Assembly: GCA_965224195.1 (NCBI GenBank)
Contig: OZ245040.1
Coordinates: 224,001-288,000 of the forward strand
DNA: 64,000 nucleotides
Source of the DNA: Nitrosopumilus sp.
Lineage (GTDB): Archaea; Thermoproteota; Nitrososphaeria; Nitrososphaerales; Nitrosopumilaceae
Direction of reading: 5' to 3'
The notes under the pieces were generated by a model, which saw only the letters and a program-made list of their open reading frames with translations, searched no databases and was not told where the DNA came from. Positions 1 to 8,880 of this stretch are shown here, one piece after another. Numbering within the stretch: position 1 is the first letter of the stretch; each line of letters opens with the position of its first letter. A program made the position numbers and the translations under genes.

Positions 1-1
1 G

Positions 2-529
2 GTATCAGGAGAAACTAATGCAATAGAATTCTATGTTAGTCCACTAATAACTTGTCCAGAAATTTCTGAAGCATCCAAATGTGCAGAATCTCAAAAATTT
101 CAGAATGGAATTTCAGATTTGAGAAAAACTGTTAAAATAAAATTAATTTACAAAGATGAAAACATTACACTTCCTTTATCACCTGATCATAATATCCCAG
201 GAAAATATTATGCATTTGTAAATCCAACTGTTTCTGGATTTTACCAAGCAAATATTTTAGGAACAATTATTGACACTCCAATTAGTTTATCCATGCATCC
301 TCCAAAAGTTGATGAACGTTCTTACATTGAATTCCCTGAACCTGCAGATATAACAATAACACAAATGATTGATGGTCATACTGCATTAATTGAAGATGTA
401 AGTGATTTGAAAGACTCAGTATCTATTATTGAAGAAACAAAATCAAATAGTATTGGATATCTTGGAATGGGCATTGGAATTATTGGAATTGCAATTGCAA
501 TAATTGCCTTAGTAAAATCAAAGAATTAA
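2..529 (+). CDS. Conserved membrane-anchored/exported hypothetical protein (5' part outside window)
   Basis: Frame open from base 2 (VSGETNAIEFYVSP...); C-terminal hydrophobic anchor GMGIGIIGIAIAIIALV. Confidence 0.8.
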   Translation, partial: VSGETNAIEFYVSPLITCPEISEASKCAESQKFQNGISDLRKTVKIKLIYKDENITLPLSPDHNIPGKYYAFVNPTVSGFYQANILGTIIDTPISLSMHPPKVDERSYIEFPEPADITITQMIDGHTALIEDVSDLKDSVSIIEETKSNSIGYLGMGIGIIGIAIAIIALVKSKN

Positions 530-609
530 TTAGATTTTTCCATATTCTTGATATTCTATGTAATAACCTACAAGTATAGGAATTTGAAAAAATATCATTG
601 GTATAGAAT

Positions 610-1755
610 ATGGTAGAAAGCAATTATGATATTTTGGGAATTATTGAGGGTTCAACTGAGAAAGATATTCGAGATGCATTTAGACGATTAGCTCTTCAAT
701 ATCACTCAGATCGTGGAGGAGAAAATGAACAATTTATAAAAATTAAACAAGCATATGACGATCTAAAAATTGGTAAAAAATATCCAGAAACAGATTATGA
801 AAAATTAAAAAACTCTAAAGTATATTCCGATGAATCTGAGGCTGATGTAAGAAGAAAAAATCAGATTTTAGGTCAGGAATTATTCAAAGAAATGAAAACC
901 GCTGAAGAATGGGCTTCTGTTTTAAATAATTCAAACACTACTGCATCTAGATTATTTGGTTCAAAAACTCTTGGAGAAATTGAGTTAGAACGAAAAGCAA
1001 ATGGTGCTTTATCAATAAAGGGAAATTTCATGGCAGGAACATTTTCTTTTGACGGTCCAATAATTATGCAAGGAAGTATTACTAGTCCATCATGGACAAA
1101 AGAATATCAAACAAATATTCATCTAACTAAAGGAGATTTCAAATTTATTAATCCGTTAGAAAATAAACACAAAATTGATAATGGTGCAAAAATTACTGTT
1201 GATAATGGAAATATAATAATTGGAAATGTTTATGGAAGAAAATTTAAAATTGAAGATCCTATTCGTGTAGGAGTTTTCCAAATTCAAGAACATAGAACTC
1301 ACATATTAGCTCCAAATGGAAAAATCATTGCTGAAAACCTTGCAAATACAGTATTACTTGAAGCAGATTCTGTTATAGTTTTGAATGTTGAAGATGATGT
1401 TACTATATCTGGTAGAGAAATTTTATTTTATGGTGGAAAATTAACTTTTGATTCTAAAATTATTTTAAAAGAGGGTGGAACAATACGATTTTTTGAGAAT
1501 TTTTCTATTCAAGGTTTGAGTGGTGATGCAATAATTAAATTAGAAAATGGTAAAAAAATTAGATTATTTGATCTTAAAACTAAAAAAATTAAAGATTTGG
1601 CAGATAAATTTGTACTTAACAAAGAGAATTACAACAAAGATGCTACTATGGTAGGTCATGGATTTACTATAACATATGCAATGCTAGATAATCTTTCATT
1701 GAAACCTGCTAAAAAACAAGGATGGGCATCAAAATTTGGATTCTCTAAAAAATAA
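610..1755 (+). CDS. J-domain (DnaJ-like) protein with long C-terminal beta-rich domain
   Basis: N-terminal YDILGI...RRLALQYHSDRGG...FIKIKQAYDDL J-domain pattern (HPD reads HSD). Confidence 0.85.
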   Translation: MVESNYDILGIIEGSTEKDIRDAFRRLALQYHSDRGGENEQFIKIKQAYDDLKIGKKYPETDYEKLKNSKVYSDESEADVRRKNQILGQELFKEMKTAEEWASVLNNSNTTASRLFGSKTLGEIELERKANGALSIKGNFMAGTFSFDGPIIMQGSITSPSWTKEYQTNIHLTKGDFKFINPLENKHKIDNGAKITVDNGNIIIGNVYGRKFKIEDPIRVGVFQIQEHRTHILAPNGKIIAENLANTVLLEADSVIVLNVEDDVTISGREILFYGGKLTFDSKIILKEGGTIRFFENFSIQGLSGDAIIKLENGKKIRLFDLKTKKIKDLADKFVLNKENYNKDATMVGHGFTITYAMLDNLSLKPAKKQGWASKFGFSKK

Positions 1756-1769
1756 TTGGGTTTGAAGGC

Positions 1770-2756
1770 TTATTTTTTTCTTTTAACTTTAAAAATACTA
1801 TAACCATATTTTTCTTCCATTTCGTTTGATGTAAATTTTGCAAATTCGTATTCTTTAAAGTTCTTTAAAATTTCATATAAATTAATTCCAATTATAACAC
1901 TATTTCTTGGGCAAAGTGAATTTATCTTAAAACATCTATTCACTGTAGGTCCAAAAATATCAGAAATATTTGAAGTAGTACTTTGAGCAACTTTTACCGA
2001 ACCATACGTTGCACTAATTTTATAATCTAATTCTGGCATATTTTCTGCTTTAAGTTGTTTTTTTAACTCGTCATGAGAATCAATCATTGATAAGCAGCAT
2101 TCTAAAATATTTTTCATTTCTATAGGATTATTTGGATCAACATTTGGAAATCTAAACATTAAAGCATCCCCGATATTTTTTACTACTTCACCATTATGAT
2201 TTTTCACAATTTTTGCCATAAAATTAAGAAAAATTTCATATAATTTTGTAATGCTTTCATCTGATAATTCACTTGAGATTTTGGTAGAATCTTTCATGTC
2301 AATAACTCCAACACAATCGTTTTGAGTGTGTTGAGAAAATTTTAATAAAATATCTTCTTGTTGTTTAATGACTTCTTCTTTTTCTTTAATTTCAAACAAT
2401 GATTCTTGTAATTTCTGTGCCATTGAATCAAAAGATGAAGATAGATGTCCTATTTCATCATGTGATTTTATGTTAGTTCTAACACTAAAATCTCCATGTG
2501 AAATTTTATTTGCTGCATCACTAAGCTTTGTGATTGGTTTAGAAAGACGTTTTGAAAGAAAATATGTTAGAATACTTAATCCTATCATCAGTGTTATACC
2601 AATCCATATGATGTTCTCTTGTAGTTCAAAAATTGGTATATTATCAAAATTTAAGAATAGAATAGTAGTAATTGAAATTGAAATTAAAGTTGCAGATAAA
2701 ACTAAGACCAGTAATTTTTTTTGTAAACTAAAAAATATTGTTTTCTTCATATTCAT
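1770..2756 (-). CDS. HAMP domain + class III adenylate/guanylate cyclase, 2 TM helices
   Basis: HAMP (PITKLSDAANKISHGDFS...DEIGHL); cyclase motifs IDMKDST, VKNIGDALM, DIFGPTVN. Confidence 0.85.
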   Translation of the reverse strand: MNMKKTIFFSLQKKLLVLVLSATLISISITTILFLNFDNIPIFELQENIIWIGITLMIGLSILTYFLSKRLSKPITKLSDAANKISHGDFSVRTNIKSHDEIGHLSSSFDSMAQKLQESLFEIKEKEEVIKQQEDILLKFSQHTQNDCVGVIDMKDSTKISSELSDESITKLYEIFLNFMAKIVKNHNGEVVKNIGDALMFRFPNVDPNNPIEMKNILECCLSMIDSHDELKKQLKAENMPELDYKISATYGSVKVAQSTTSNISDIFGPTVNRCFKINSLCPRNSVIIGINLYEILKNFKEYEFAKFTSNEMEEKYGYSIFKVKRKK

Positions 2757-2851
2757 TATTGAAAATAACTTAAAGTATTTAATTATCTAAATTATGCAGA
2801 TGCTGTTAAAATTTAAAATAATAAAAAGAAATTAAAAATTGACGAACTAAT

Positions 2852-3151
2852 CTAATCGATTAATTCAGTCCAACCTTTGACGAAGACTGAGTTTTTATAG
2901 AGTGGAACTGGTTGTCCAACTGTAAAGTCCATTGGTCGCATCCAAAAGATTGCTTTTGTTGGGCATACACCAATGCATGCACCATCTGAAATACATCTTT
3001 CTGGGTAGAAGACAAATGCTTTACCTCTTTTCCAGCCTTCAACTGGTTTTACTCTAAGGACATCTGGTCCAAGTGTGGTACAGATTTCTACACATAGTGC
3101 GCATCCGATACACATTTGTTCGCTGATGTCTGGAATAATTCCTACTGGCAT
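2852..3151 (-). CDS. 2x[4Fe-4S] ferredoxin
   Basis: CIGCALCVEIC and CISDGACIGVCP motifs. Confidence 0.95.
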   Translation of the reverse strand: MPVGIIPDISEQMCIGCALCVEICTTLGPDVLRVKPVEGWKRGKAFVFYPERCISDGACIGVCPTKAIFWMRPMDFTVGQPVPLYKNSVFVKGWTELID

Positions 3152-3205
3152 AACAAAATTAATTCCTGATTTGATCTTTATATAATTTGCCTAAAAATAT
3201 CACGC

Positions 3206-3238
3206 TATAACGGCGTTTGATATTTTATAACGGCGTTT
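3206..3238. promoter_or_regulatory. 13-bp direct repeat TATAACGGCGTTT x2 upstream of ferredoxin promoter
   Basis: Exact copies at 3206-3218 and 3226-3238 (20-bp period), just upstream of TATA-like TTATATAAA (minus strand, 3178-3186). Confidence 0.6.
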
Positions 3239-3263
3239 CATTTTTGATCGCTATCTTAGATCT

Positions 3264-3851
3264 TTATTTCATTTGTTTTTCTATATTACTAATTATCAAG
3301 TCATTTTCAGTTTTTTTAAGAAAATAAACACCTGTTTTTTCTGATTTAATGATGTGTCTTCCACCTGGTGAAAGAATCCATCCATCATTTTCTTTTATTC
3401 GGGCTATTCCAGTTATTACAACAGATGATTTAACATGATTTCCAATTGACGAGAGTAACATTACACATGAATTAATGAATATGGCAGATTCTAAATCATC
3501 AAACAAATTGTAGACCCCATTAAAGGAGTCAATAATTACTAAAAATTTATCTTTTGATACTTTGGAAATAATTTCTGAGAATTTTTCTTTCCAATTTGCT
3601 TTATCTGGGTAAAAAATTGTTAGATTTTCTTTTTTCTGAATCATTTTAGATTCTACATATCCAGTGTAAAGTAAATCCATGTCAATGAAAATTATTGGAT
3701 CATCTGTTGAATTGATTAATTTGTTAAGAAATTCTATTTTATGGAATGGTTTTGAACATAAAACAATATTTGGATTGTTTTGTTCAAATTTAATTTGAAT
3801 TTGTGTTAAATCATTACCTATGACTTGCTCAGGATTTTTATCCAACACCAA
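3264..3851 (-). CDS. Hypothetical protein, degenerate RecA/P-loop-like fold
   Basis: Walker-B-like LVIIDSFN and IIFIDMD; no intact Walker A. Confidence 0.6.
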   Translation of the reverse strand: MVLDKNPEQVIGNDLTQIQIKFEQNNPNIVLCSKPFHKIEFLNKLINSTDDPIIFIDMDLLYTGYVESKMIQKKENLTIFYPDKANWKEKFSEIISKVSKDKFLVIIDSFNGVYNLFDDLESAIFINSCVMLLSSIGNHVKSSVVITGIARIKENDGWILSPGGRHIIKSEKTGVYFLKKTENDLIISNIEKQMK

Positions 3852-3874
3852 ATTAGCATTCTACAGACATAATA

Positions 3875-5026
3875 ATGAATTTAGTATCTAAAGACATTTC
3901 AGGTGATTTTCCAACTTCAGAGAAAATCTATCTCAATAATGCATCTGTTTCTTTAATGCCCACTCAAAGTATTGAGGCGATGAAAGAATTTTTAATCTCA
4001 TACAATTCCATTGGTCCTGATTCAAAAGATTCAGAACCATTTGTTAATGATAAACTACGAAATGTAAGAAAAACTATGGCAAAAATCATTTCTTGTCAAC
4101 CTGATGAGGTGGTTCTCACTCAAAGTACTACTGATGGAATTAACTTTGTAGCAAATGGATTATCTTTTGATGATGACTCTAATATGATAATTCGTGGAAT
4201 GACACACGAACATCATTCAAATTTTTATCCATGGATTAAATTACAAGAAAAAATTTCTATACAAAATTTACCTATTGATGATAATGGTTTTTTTAAATTA
4301 GATGATTTAAAATCACTTGTTAATGATAAGACAAAACTAGTTGCACTTAGTCATGTATTGTATAATACTGGTGCAATCATACCTGTAGAAGAAATAGGAA
4401 AAATTCTTGAAGACAAGGTTCCGTTTTTCATTGATAGTGCACAAAGTATAGGTTGTATTGGAGATATTGATGTTTCAAAAATTAAATGTGATTTCATGTC
4501 ATTTAATGGATCTAAATGGCTTTGTGGTCCTATGGGTACGGGATTATTTTACTGTAAAAGAAGTTCTAGTAAACTATTAGAGCCCAAAACTATTGGTGGT
4601 GAATCTGCAATTATTTATGATGATTCCAAGTTAGCATACAAAGAATTACCAGATAAATTTCAAACAGGATTTAGAAATTATGTAGGAATTGTTGGATTAG
4701 AATCATCTGCAAATTATTTATTAAAATTTGGAATGAATAACATTCGTGAAAAAAATCAATACTTGTCTAATATTTTTAGAGAAGAATTATCAAAAATTCC
4801 AAATATTATTTTGTATGGGCCAGATGATCCAAATCTTAGAACAAGTATTGTTTCTTTTAACATCAAAGGATTTGATTCACAACATGTTGTTGATAAACTT
4901 GAAAAACAAAATATCATTTTAGCAGTAAGAGAAATTATGGATCAAAAGATAGTACGAGTATCTCCACATTTTTTTAATACTGAATCTCAGATTTTAGATG
5001 TAATTGATAAAATAAAGAAATTATAG
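3875..5026 (+). CDS. Class V PLP aminotransferase / cysteine desulfurase-like
   Basis: IYLNNAS, HEHHSN, IDSAQSIG, SFNGSKWLCGPMGTG (PLP Lys). Confidence 0.9.
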   Translation: MNLVSKDISGDFPTSEKIYLNNASVSLMPTQSIEAMKEFLISYNSIGPDSKDSEPFVNDKLRNVRKTMAKIISCQPDEVVLTQSTTDGINFVANGLSFDDDSNMIIRGMTHEHHSNFYPWIKLQEKISIQNLPIDDNGFFKLDDLKSLVNDKTKLVALSHVLYNTGAIIPVEEIGKILEDKVPFFIDSAQSIGCIGDIDVSKIKCDFMSFNGSKWLCGPMGTGLFYCKRSSSKLLEPKTIGGESAIIYDDSKLAYKELPDKFQTGFRNYVGIVGLESSANYLLKFGMNNIREKNQYLSNIFREELSKIPNIILYGPDDPNLRTSIVSFNIKGFDSQHVVDKLEKQNIILAVREIMDQKIVRVSPHFFNTESQILDVIDKIKKL

Positions 5027-5293
5027 GTTTTCTTGCTCTTCAATTACCATCATTGTTAGTGTAGATTGAACTTTGCTAATTTTTCTAACTTTGTTGGTAA
5101 TGATTGCACGTAATTTTTCGGCATCATCAGAAGTTAACTTTAGGACAATATCGTATACTCCATACACACCCTGAACTTCATATTTCACATTTTCTTCTGC
5201 AAGAATTTGTTTTACTTCGTTGATGATTGATTCATCTGATCCTAAATCAGAATTTAACAGAACATATGCTGTAGGCACAAGGGGTTTTTTCAT
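5021..5293 (-). CDS. Stand-alone Lrp/AsnC ligand-binding (RAM) domain protein
   Basis: AYVLLN...GVYGVYDIVLKL...VQSTLTM. Confidence 0.85.
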   Translation of the reverse strand: MKKPLVPTAYVLLNSDLGSDESIINEVKQILAEENVKYEVQGVYGVYDIVLKLTSDDAEKLRAIITNKVRKISKVQSTLTMMVIEEQENL

Positions 5294-5352
5294 GAGACAG
5301 TATTTAACCTTTCATTCTTTAAATTGATTAATCACCAATACGTTCTGATGAT

Positions 5353-5994
5353 GTGAAACCAATAGATTTGTCACTTACGATATCAGAATCTATCCCAAGT
5401 TTTCCTGGATCTCCAACTCCTCAATTCATTGATTGGTCAGATATAGAACATGATGGATATAATCTTGAACTATTATTCCTAAGTTCACATACAGGAACAC
5501 ATCTTGATGCACCATTTCATTTTGTTAAAAATGGTCTAAAAATTCATCAAATTCCTCTTGATAGACTCTTTGGAAAAGCAATTCTAATCAAACTCAAAAA
5601 ATCAAAGAATACTTCTATTACTAAATCAGATATTACACTATTTGAAAAAAAGAATGGTAAAATTCCAAACCATTCTTCAATTTTTTTCTTTACAGATTGG
5701 CAAAAAAATCTGAAAAAAAATAATTATTTTACTGAAAACCCTGGATTAGATACAACATCTGCGAAATATCTTGCATCTAAAAAAACTAATTTAGTTGGTA
5801 TTGATTCTCCAAGTATAGATCTTGGAAAAGATGAATCATTTTCTGTACATCATATATTATCTAAAAATAATATTTTGATTGTAGAAAATTTAGCAAACAT
5901 GAATAAAATACAATCTTTGGAATTTATTTTTACAATTCTTCCATTAAAGCTAAAAAATGCTACAGGTTCTCCTGTACGTGCAGTAGCATCATAA
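5353..5994 (+). CDS. Cyclase family metal hydrolase (kynurenine formamidase-like)
   Basis: HTGTHLDAPFH motif, VGIDSPS, IVENL, GSPVRA. Confidence 0.9.
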   Translation: MKPIDLSLTISESIPSFPGSPTPQFIDWSDIEHDGYNLELLFLSSHTGTHLDAPFHFVKNGLKIHQIPLDRLFGKAILIKLKKSKNTSITKSDITLFEKKNGKIPNHSSIFFFTDWQKNLKKNNYFTENPGLDTTSAKYLASKKTNLVGIDSPSIDLGKDESFSVHHILSKNNILIVENLANMNKIQSLEFIFTILPLKLKNATGSPVRAVAS

Positions 5995-6041
5995 TTACAC
6001 TATTACGTAATACTAAAAAACAGAACAATTCTAAATTTAAC

Positions 6042-6536
6042 ATGAGTAAACCTGGTAATATTTGGAGAAAGGTTCATGGTAAAATTACAAGAAAACCAAC
6101 TAATTTTTCTTGGCTAATTGAAGAAAAATTAGCAGGCTCAGGCATTCCAACAAGTTTGGATGAATTTGATTGGCTTCTAAATCAAGGCGTAAAATCAATT
6201 GTAACTATGACTGAGCAATCACTGCCAGATGAATGGGTTAAAAATATTGGATATCTTCATGTCCCAACTCCTGATTTGACAGCTCCTGATATGGATAGAA
6301 TAGATTTAGCAGTTGATTTCATAAATGAACAAATTAAAAATGATCAAGCAGTAATGGTTCATTGTGCAGCTGGAATGGGAAGAGCTGGAACAATACTTGC
6401 TTGTTATTTTATAAAATATAAAAAATTTTCAGCCAATGATGCAATTAAGAAAATTCGAGATGAAAGACAAGGATCAATTCAATCTGAAGTACAAGAATTA
6501 GCTATTGGATTTTATGAAAAACATGTAAGAAATTAG
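6042..6536 (+). CDS. Dual-specificity protein phosphatase
   Basis: VHCAAGMGRAG (HCX5R) P-loop. Confidence 0.95.
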   Translation: MSKPGNIWRKVHGKITRKPTNFSWLIEEKLAGSGIPTSLDEFDWLLNQGVKSIVTMTEQSLPDEWVKNIGYLHVPTPDLTAPDMDRIDLAVDFINEQIKNDQAVMVHCAAGMGRAGTILACYFIKYKKFSANDAIKKIRDERQGSIQSEVQELAIGFYEKHVRN

Positions 6537-6537
6537 T

Positions 6538-6684
6538 TTAAACAAATTCTGAAACTAATTTTCCATCTACAACTTTAATCTTCAAGGTTTTATCTTCTTG
6601 AAAAAATAAAGTCAATCCACCGTCTGCATCCGAATCTTCTACTTTAACAAGTTCTAACATTTTGATTGGGTCAAATTTTTCCAT
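6538..6684 (-). CDS. Small hypothetical protein, 48 aa (not in ORF track)
   Basis: Hand translation MEKFDPIKMLELVKVEDSDADGGLTLFFQEDKTLKIKVVDGKLVSEFV; similar to its neighbour. Confidence 0.75.
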   Translation of the reverse strand: MEKFDPIKMLELVKVEDSDADGGLTLFFQEDKTLKIKVVDGKLVSEFV

Positions 6685-6694
6685 TCACATTCAC

Positions 6695-6847
6695 CTATTC
6701 TGGGATTGATACGGTCTCAATTTTACCATCAACTGCTTTTATGAACATAAACCTGTTGTCTTTGAAGATAAAGGTAATTCCATCGTCTTTATCAGGTTCT
6801 TCAACTTCAAGTATTGGTTGTCCTAACAGACCATCGTATTTTGCCAT
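6695..6847 (-). CDS. Small hypothetical protein, 50 aa (not in ORF track)
   Basis: Hand translation MAKYDGLLGQPILEVEEPDKDDGITFIFKDNRFMFIKAVDGKIETVSIPE. Confidence 0.75.
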   Translation of the reverse strand: MAKYDGLLGQPILEVEEPDKDDGITFIFKDNRFMFIKAVDGKIETVSIPE

Positions 6848-6878
6848 TAATTATTACCCAAAAAAGTTCCTTATATCC

Positions 6879-7415
6879 CTAATTGATTGTAATCTCAATT
6901 TCCCTTGAGCTGTTTTTGATACTTCCAGTTTCTGTAAAGTCATGTTTTTGCCAAGATGCAAAAGCTTCTGCTCCGATCTTGTGTTTACCCTTTCCCAAAT
7001 CTGATGCTTTGAACACGAATTTCTCATTAAAGTCAAATAATTCCTGTCTAACTTTTTCTTCTGATAATCTGATAAATGGCTCAAAATTTTTGGCTATCTG
7101 TACCCAAATCCGTCTATCTTTCATTGGATTGACTAGTTTTGGATTTCGAGTCCAAAATATTGCTGCCTTTCTATAACTGTCAATGGTTCGTCCTAATTCC
7201 TTCTTTCTTAATCCACCTGATGTCAATTTTATACCATGTTTTACTTTGAATGAAACATCGTTGTTGTTGTAGGCTTTAGTCCAATTTGCCTCATTGAAGG
7301 CATTTCTAATGTCTCCTTCGATTGAAAATTGAACATTTATCTCTATATTTTCCTCAGATGAGTACTCATCCTTGGATTTTACTAATTCTATTACCGAAAT
7401 CTTGCTTTCTGTCAT
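6879..7415 (-). CDS. Hypothetical protein
   Basis: 178-aa ORF filling the gap, host-like codon usage. Confidence 0.75.
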   Translation of the reverse strand: MTESKISVIELVKSKDEYSSEENIEINVQFSIEGDIRNAFNEANWTKAYNNNDVSFKVKHGIKLTSGGLRKKELGRTIDSYRKAAIFWTRNPKLVNPMKDRRIWVQIAKNFEPFIRLSEEKVRQELFDFNEKFVFKASDLGKGKHKIGAEAFASWQKHDFTETGSIKNSSREIEITIN

Positions 7416-7466
7416 TGTTCCCGCTCATAATGATTTATATCCGCAATAAGTGCTTTTTCTGAATAC

Positions 7467-7745
7467 ATGAACGCAGAAGTAATCAGTTCTGAGCCTAAAG
7501 AGATCAGCCTTTCAATTACTGAAACTGATATTGGAATTTTATACATAGTTCAACATGAACTGCTAAAAGCATCATCTACTGATTTTGCAGGAGTTATTGT
7601 AAAACATCCTCTTACCAATGAATGTTGGATGAGAGTTAATTCTAGTTCAAAACCACTCGGTGAAATTAAAAAAGCAACAGATTCCGCAATCAAAATAGCT
7701 CAAGAATTCAATCAACTATTCCATTCTCAAATTAAGGTAAATTAG
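7467..7745 (+). CDS. rpoL: RNA polymerase subunit Rpo11 (L)
   Basis: Size, FAGVIVKHPL motif, position upstream of tfs and pcn. Confidence 0.8.
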   Translation: MNAEVISSEPKEISLSITETDIGILYIVQHELLKASSTDFAGVIVKHPLTNECWMRVNSSSKPLGEIKKATDSAIKIAQEFNQLFHSQIKVN

Positions 7746-7746
7746 A

Positions 7747-8064
7747 TTGAAATTTTGCCCCAAATGTGAGGTTAAATTAAAAAACAGTGGATCAGGCCTT
7801 CAATGTTCTAAATGTGGTTATGTTGATGGAGAAAAAGCTAAATCAACAAAAAAAATTACTACTGAAGAAGAACCAGATTTCTCATTGCTTGCTTTTGAAG
7901 GAGATGAAGGCGAAGAATCTAATCCAACTGTCAAAATAGACTGTGAAAAATGTGGACATGATGAAGCAGTCGGCTGGATGTTTCAAACTAGAAGTGCAGA
8001 TGAATCTACAACAAGATTTTATCGTTGTCAGAAATGCAAATACACCTGGCGTGATTACACATAA
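7747..8064 (+). CDS. tfs: Transcription factor S (TFS/RpoM)
   Basis: Two Zn ribbons; QTRSADE acidic hairpin; RFYRCQKCKYTWRDY. Confidence 0.95.
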   Translation: MKFCPKCEVKLKNSGSGLQCSKCGYVDGEKAKSTKKITTEEEPDFSLLAFEGDEGEESNPTVKIDCEKCGHDEAVGWMFQTRSADESTTRFYRCQKCKYTWRDYT

Positions 8065-8098
8065 GGTTTAACTGGAACATAAAGAGAAGAAAATTGAT

Positions 8099-8845
8099 TT
8101 GACTTTTAGTGCAAAAACAAGCGGATCTGATGATCTAAAAGCTATCATTTCTGCAATATCTACACTTGTTGAAGAAGCAACTTTTGTTGCAACAGCAGAA
8201 GGAATTACTTTTAGAGGAATGGATCCATCACATGTAGCTCTAATAGATATTTCATGGCCTAATTCTGCATTTGAAAAATATGAATGCGATAGTGATATTA
8301 AATTTGGTGTGAGAATTGATGAATTCTCAAAACTCATCAAAAGAGCAGACAAAAAAGATAGCATTGAGATAAGCATCTCTGAACAAAACATGTTGCTTGT
8401 AACAGTTGGAAAAAATAAAAAATACAAAATGCGATTAATTGAAAGTTCTGCAACTGATACTCCATTGCCAAAAATTCCTTATGACTCAAAAATTATTTTA
8501 ACTTCTTCAAAGTTTGATAAAATTCTTGGCGATGTACAAGTTGTATCTGATTATCTTACTATACAAACAGTTGATTCAAAAGGAGATTTTTCTGGAAAAG
8601 GTGATTCTGGAGAAGTTGTAATTGAATTAGACAAAGATGATAAAGAAATTGAAGAAATTTCTTCAAAAGCAGACAGTGTTGGTACATACAGCCTTGAATA
8701 TCTAAATCCTGTAGTGAAAGCAGTAGGTTCCAATGCAGGCTCAATTACATGTGAGTTTTCAAGCGTAAAACCTCTTAGAATTGAATTCAAAGTAGCAAAT
8801 ATCGGTAGAATCCACTTTTACTTGGCTCCACGCGTAGAAAGTTAA
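8099..8845 (+). CDS. pcn: DNA polymerase sliding clamp PCNA
   Basis: GMDPSHVALIDI, YSLEYL, FYLAPRVE. Confidence 0.97.
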   Translation: MTFSAKTSGSDDLKAIISAISTLVEEATFVATAEGITFRGMDPSHVALIDISWPNSAFEKYECDSDIKFGVRIDEFSKLIKRADKKDSIEISISEQNMLLVTVGKNKKYKMRLIESSATDTPLPKIPYDSKIILTSSKFDKILGDVQVVSDYLTIQTVDSKGDFSGKGDSGEVVIELDKDDKEIEEISSKADSVGTYSLEYLNPVVKAVGSNAGSITCEFSSVKPLRIEFKVANIGRIHFYLAPRVES

Positions 8846-8880
8846 AGCATTTAAAGATTAACTAGTTCAGGTATTTTGAA

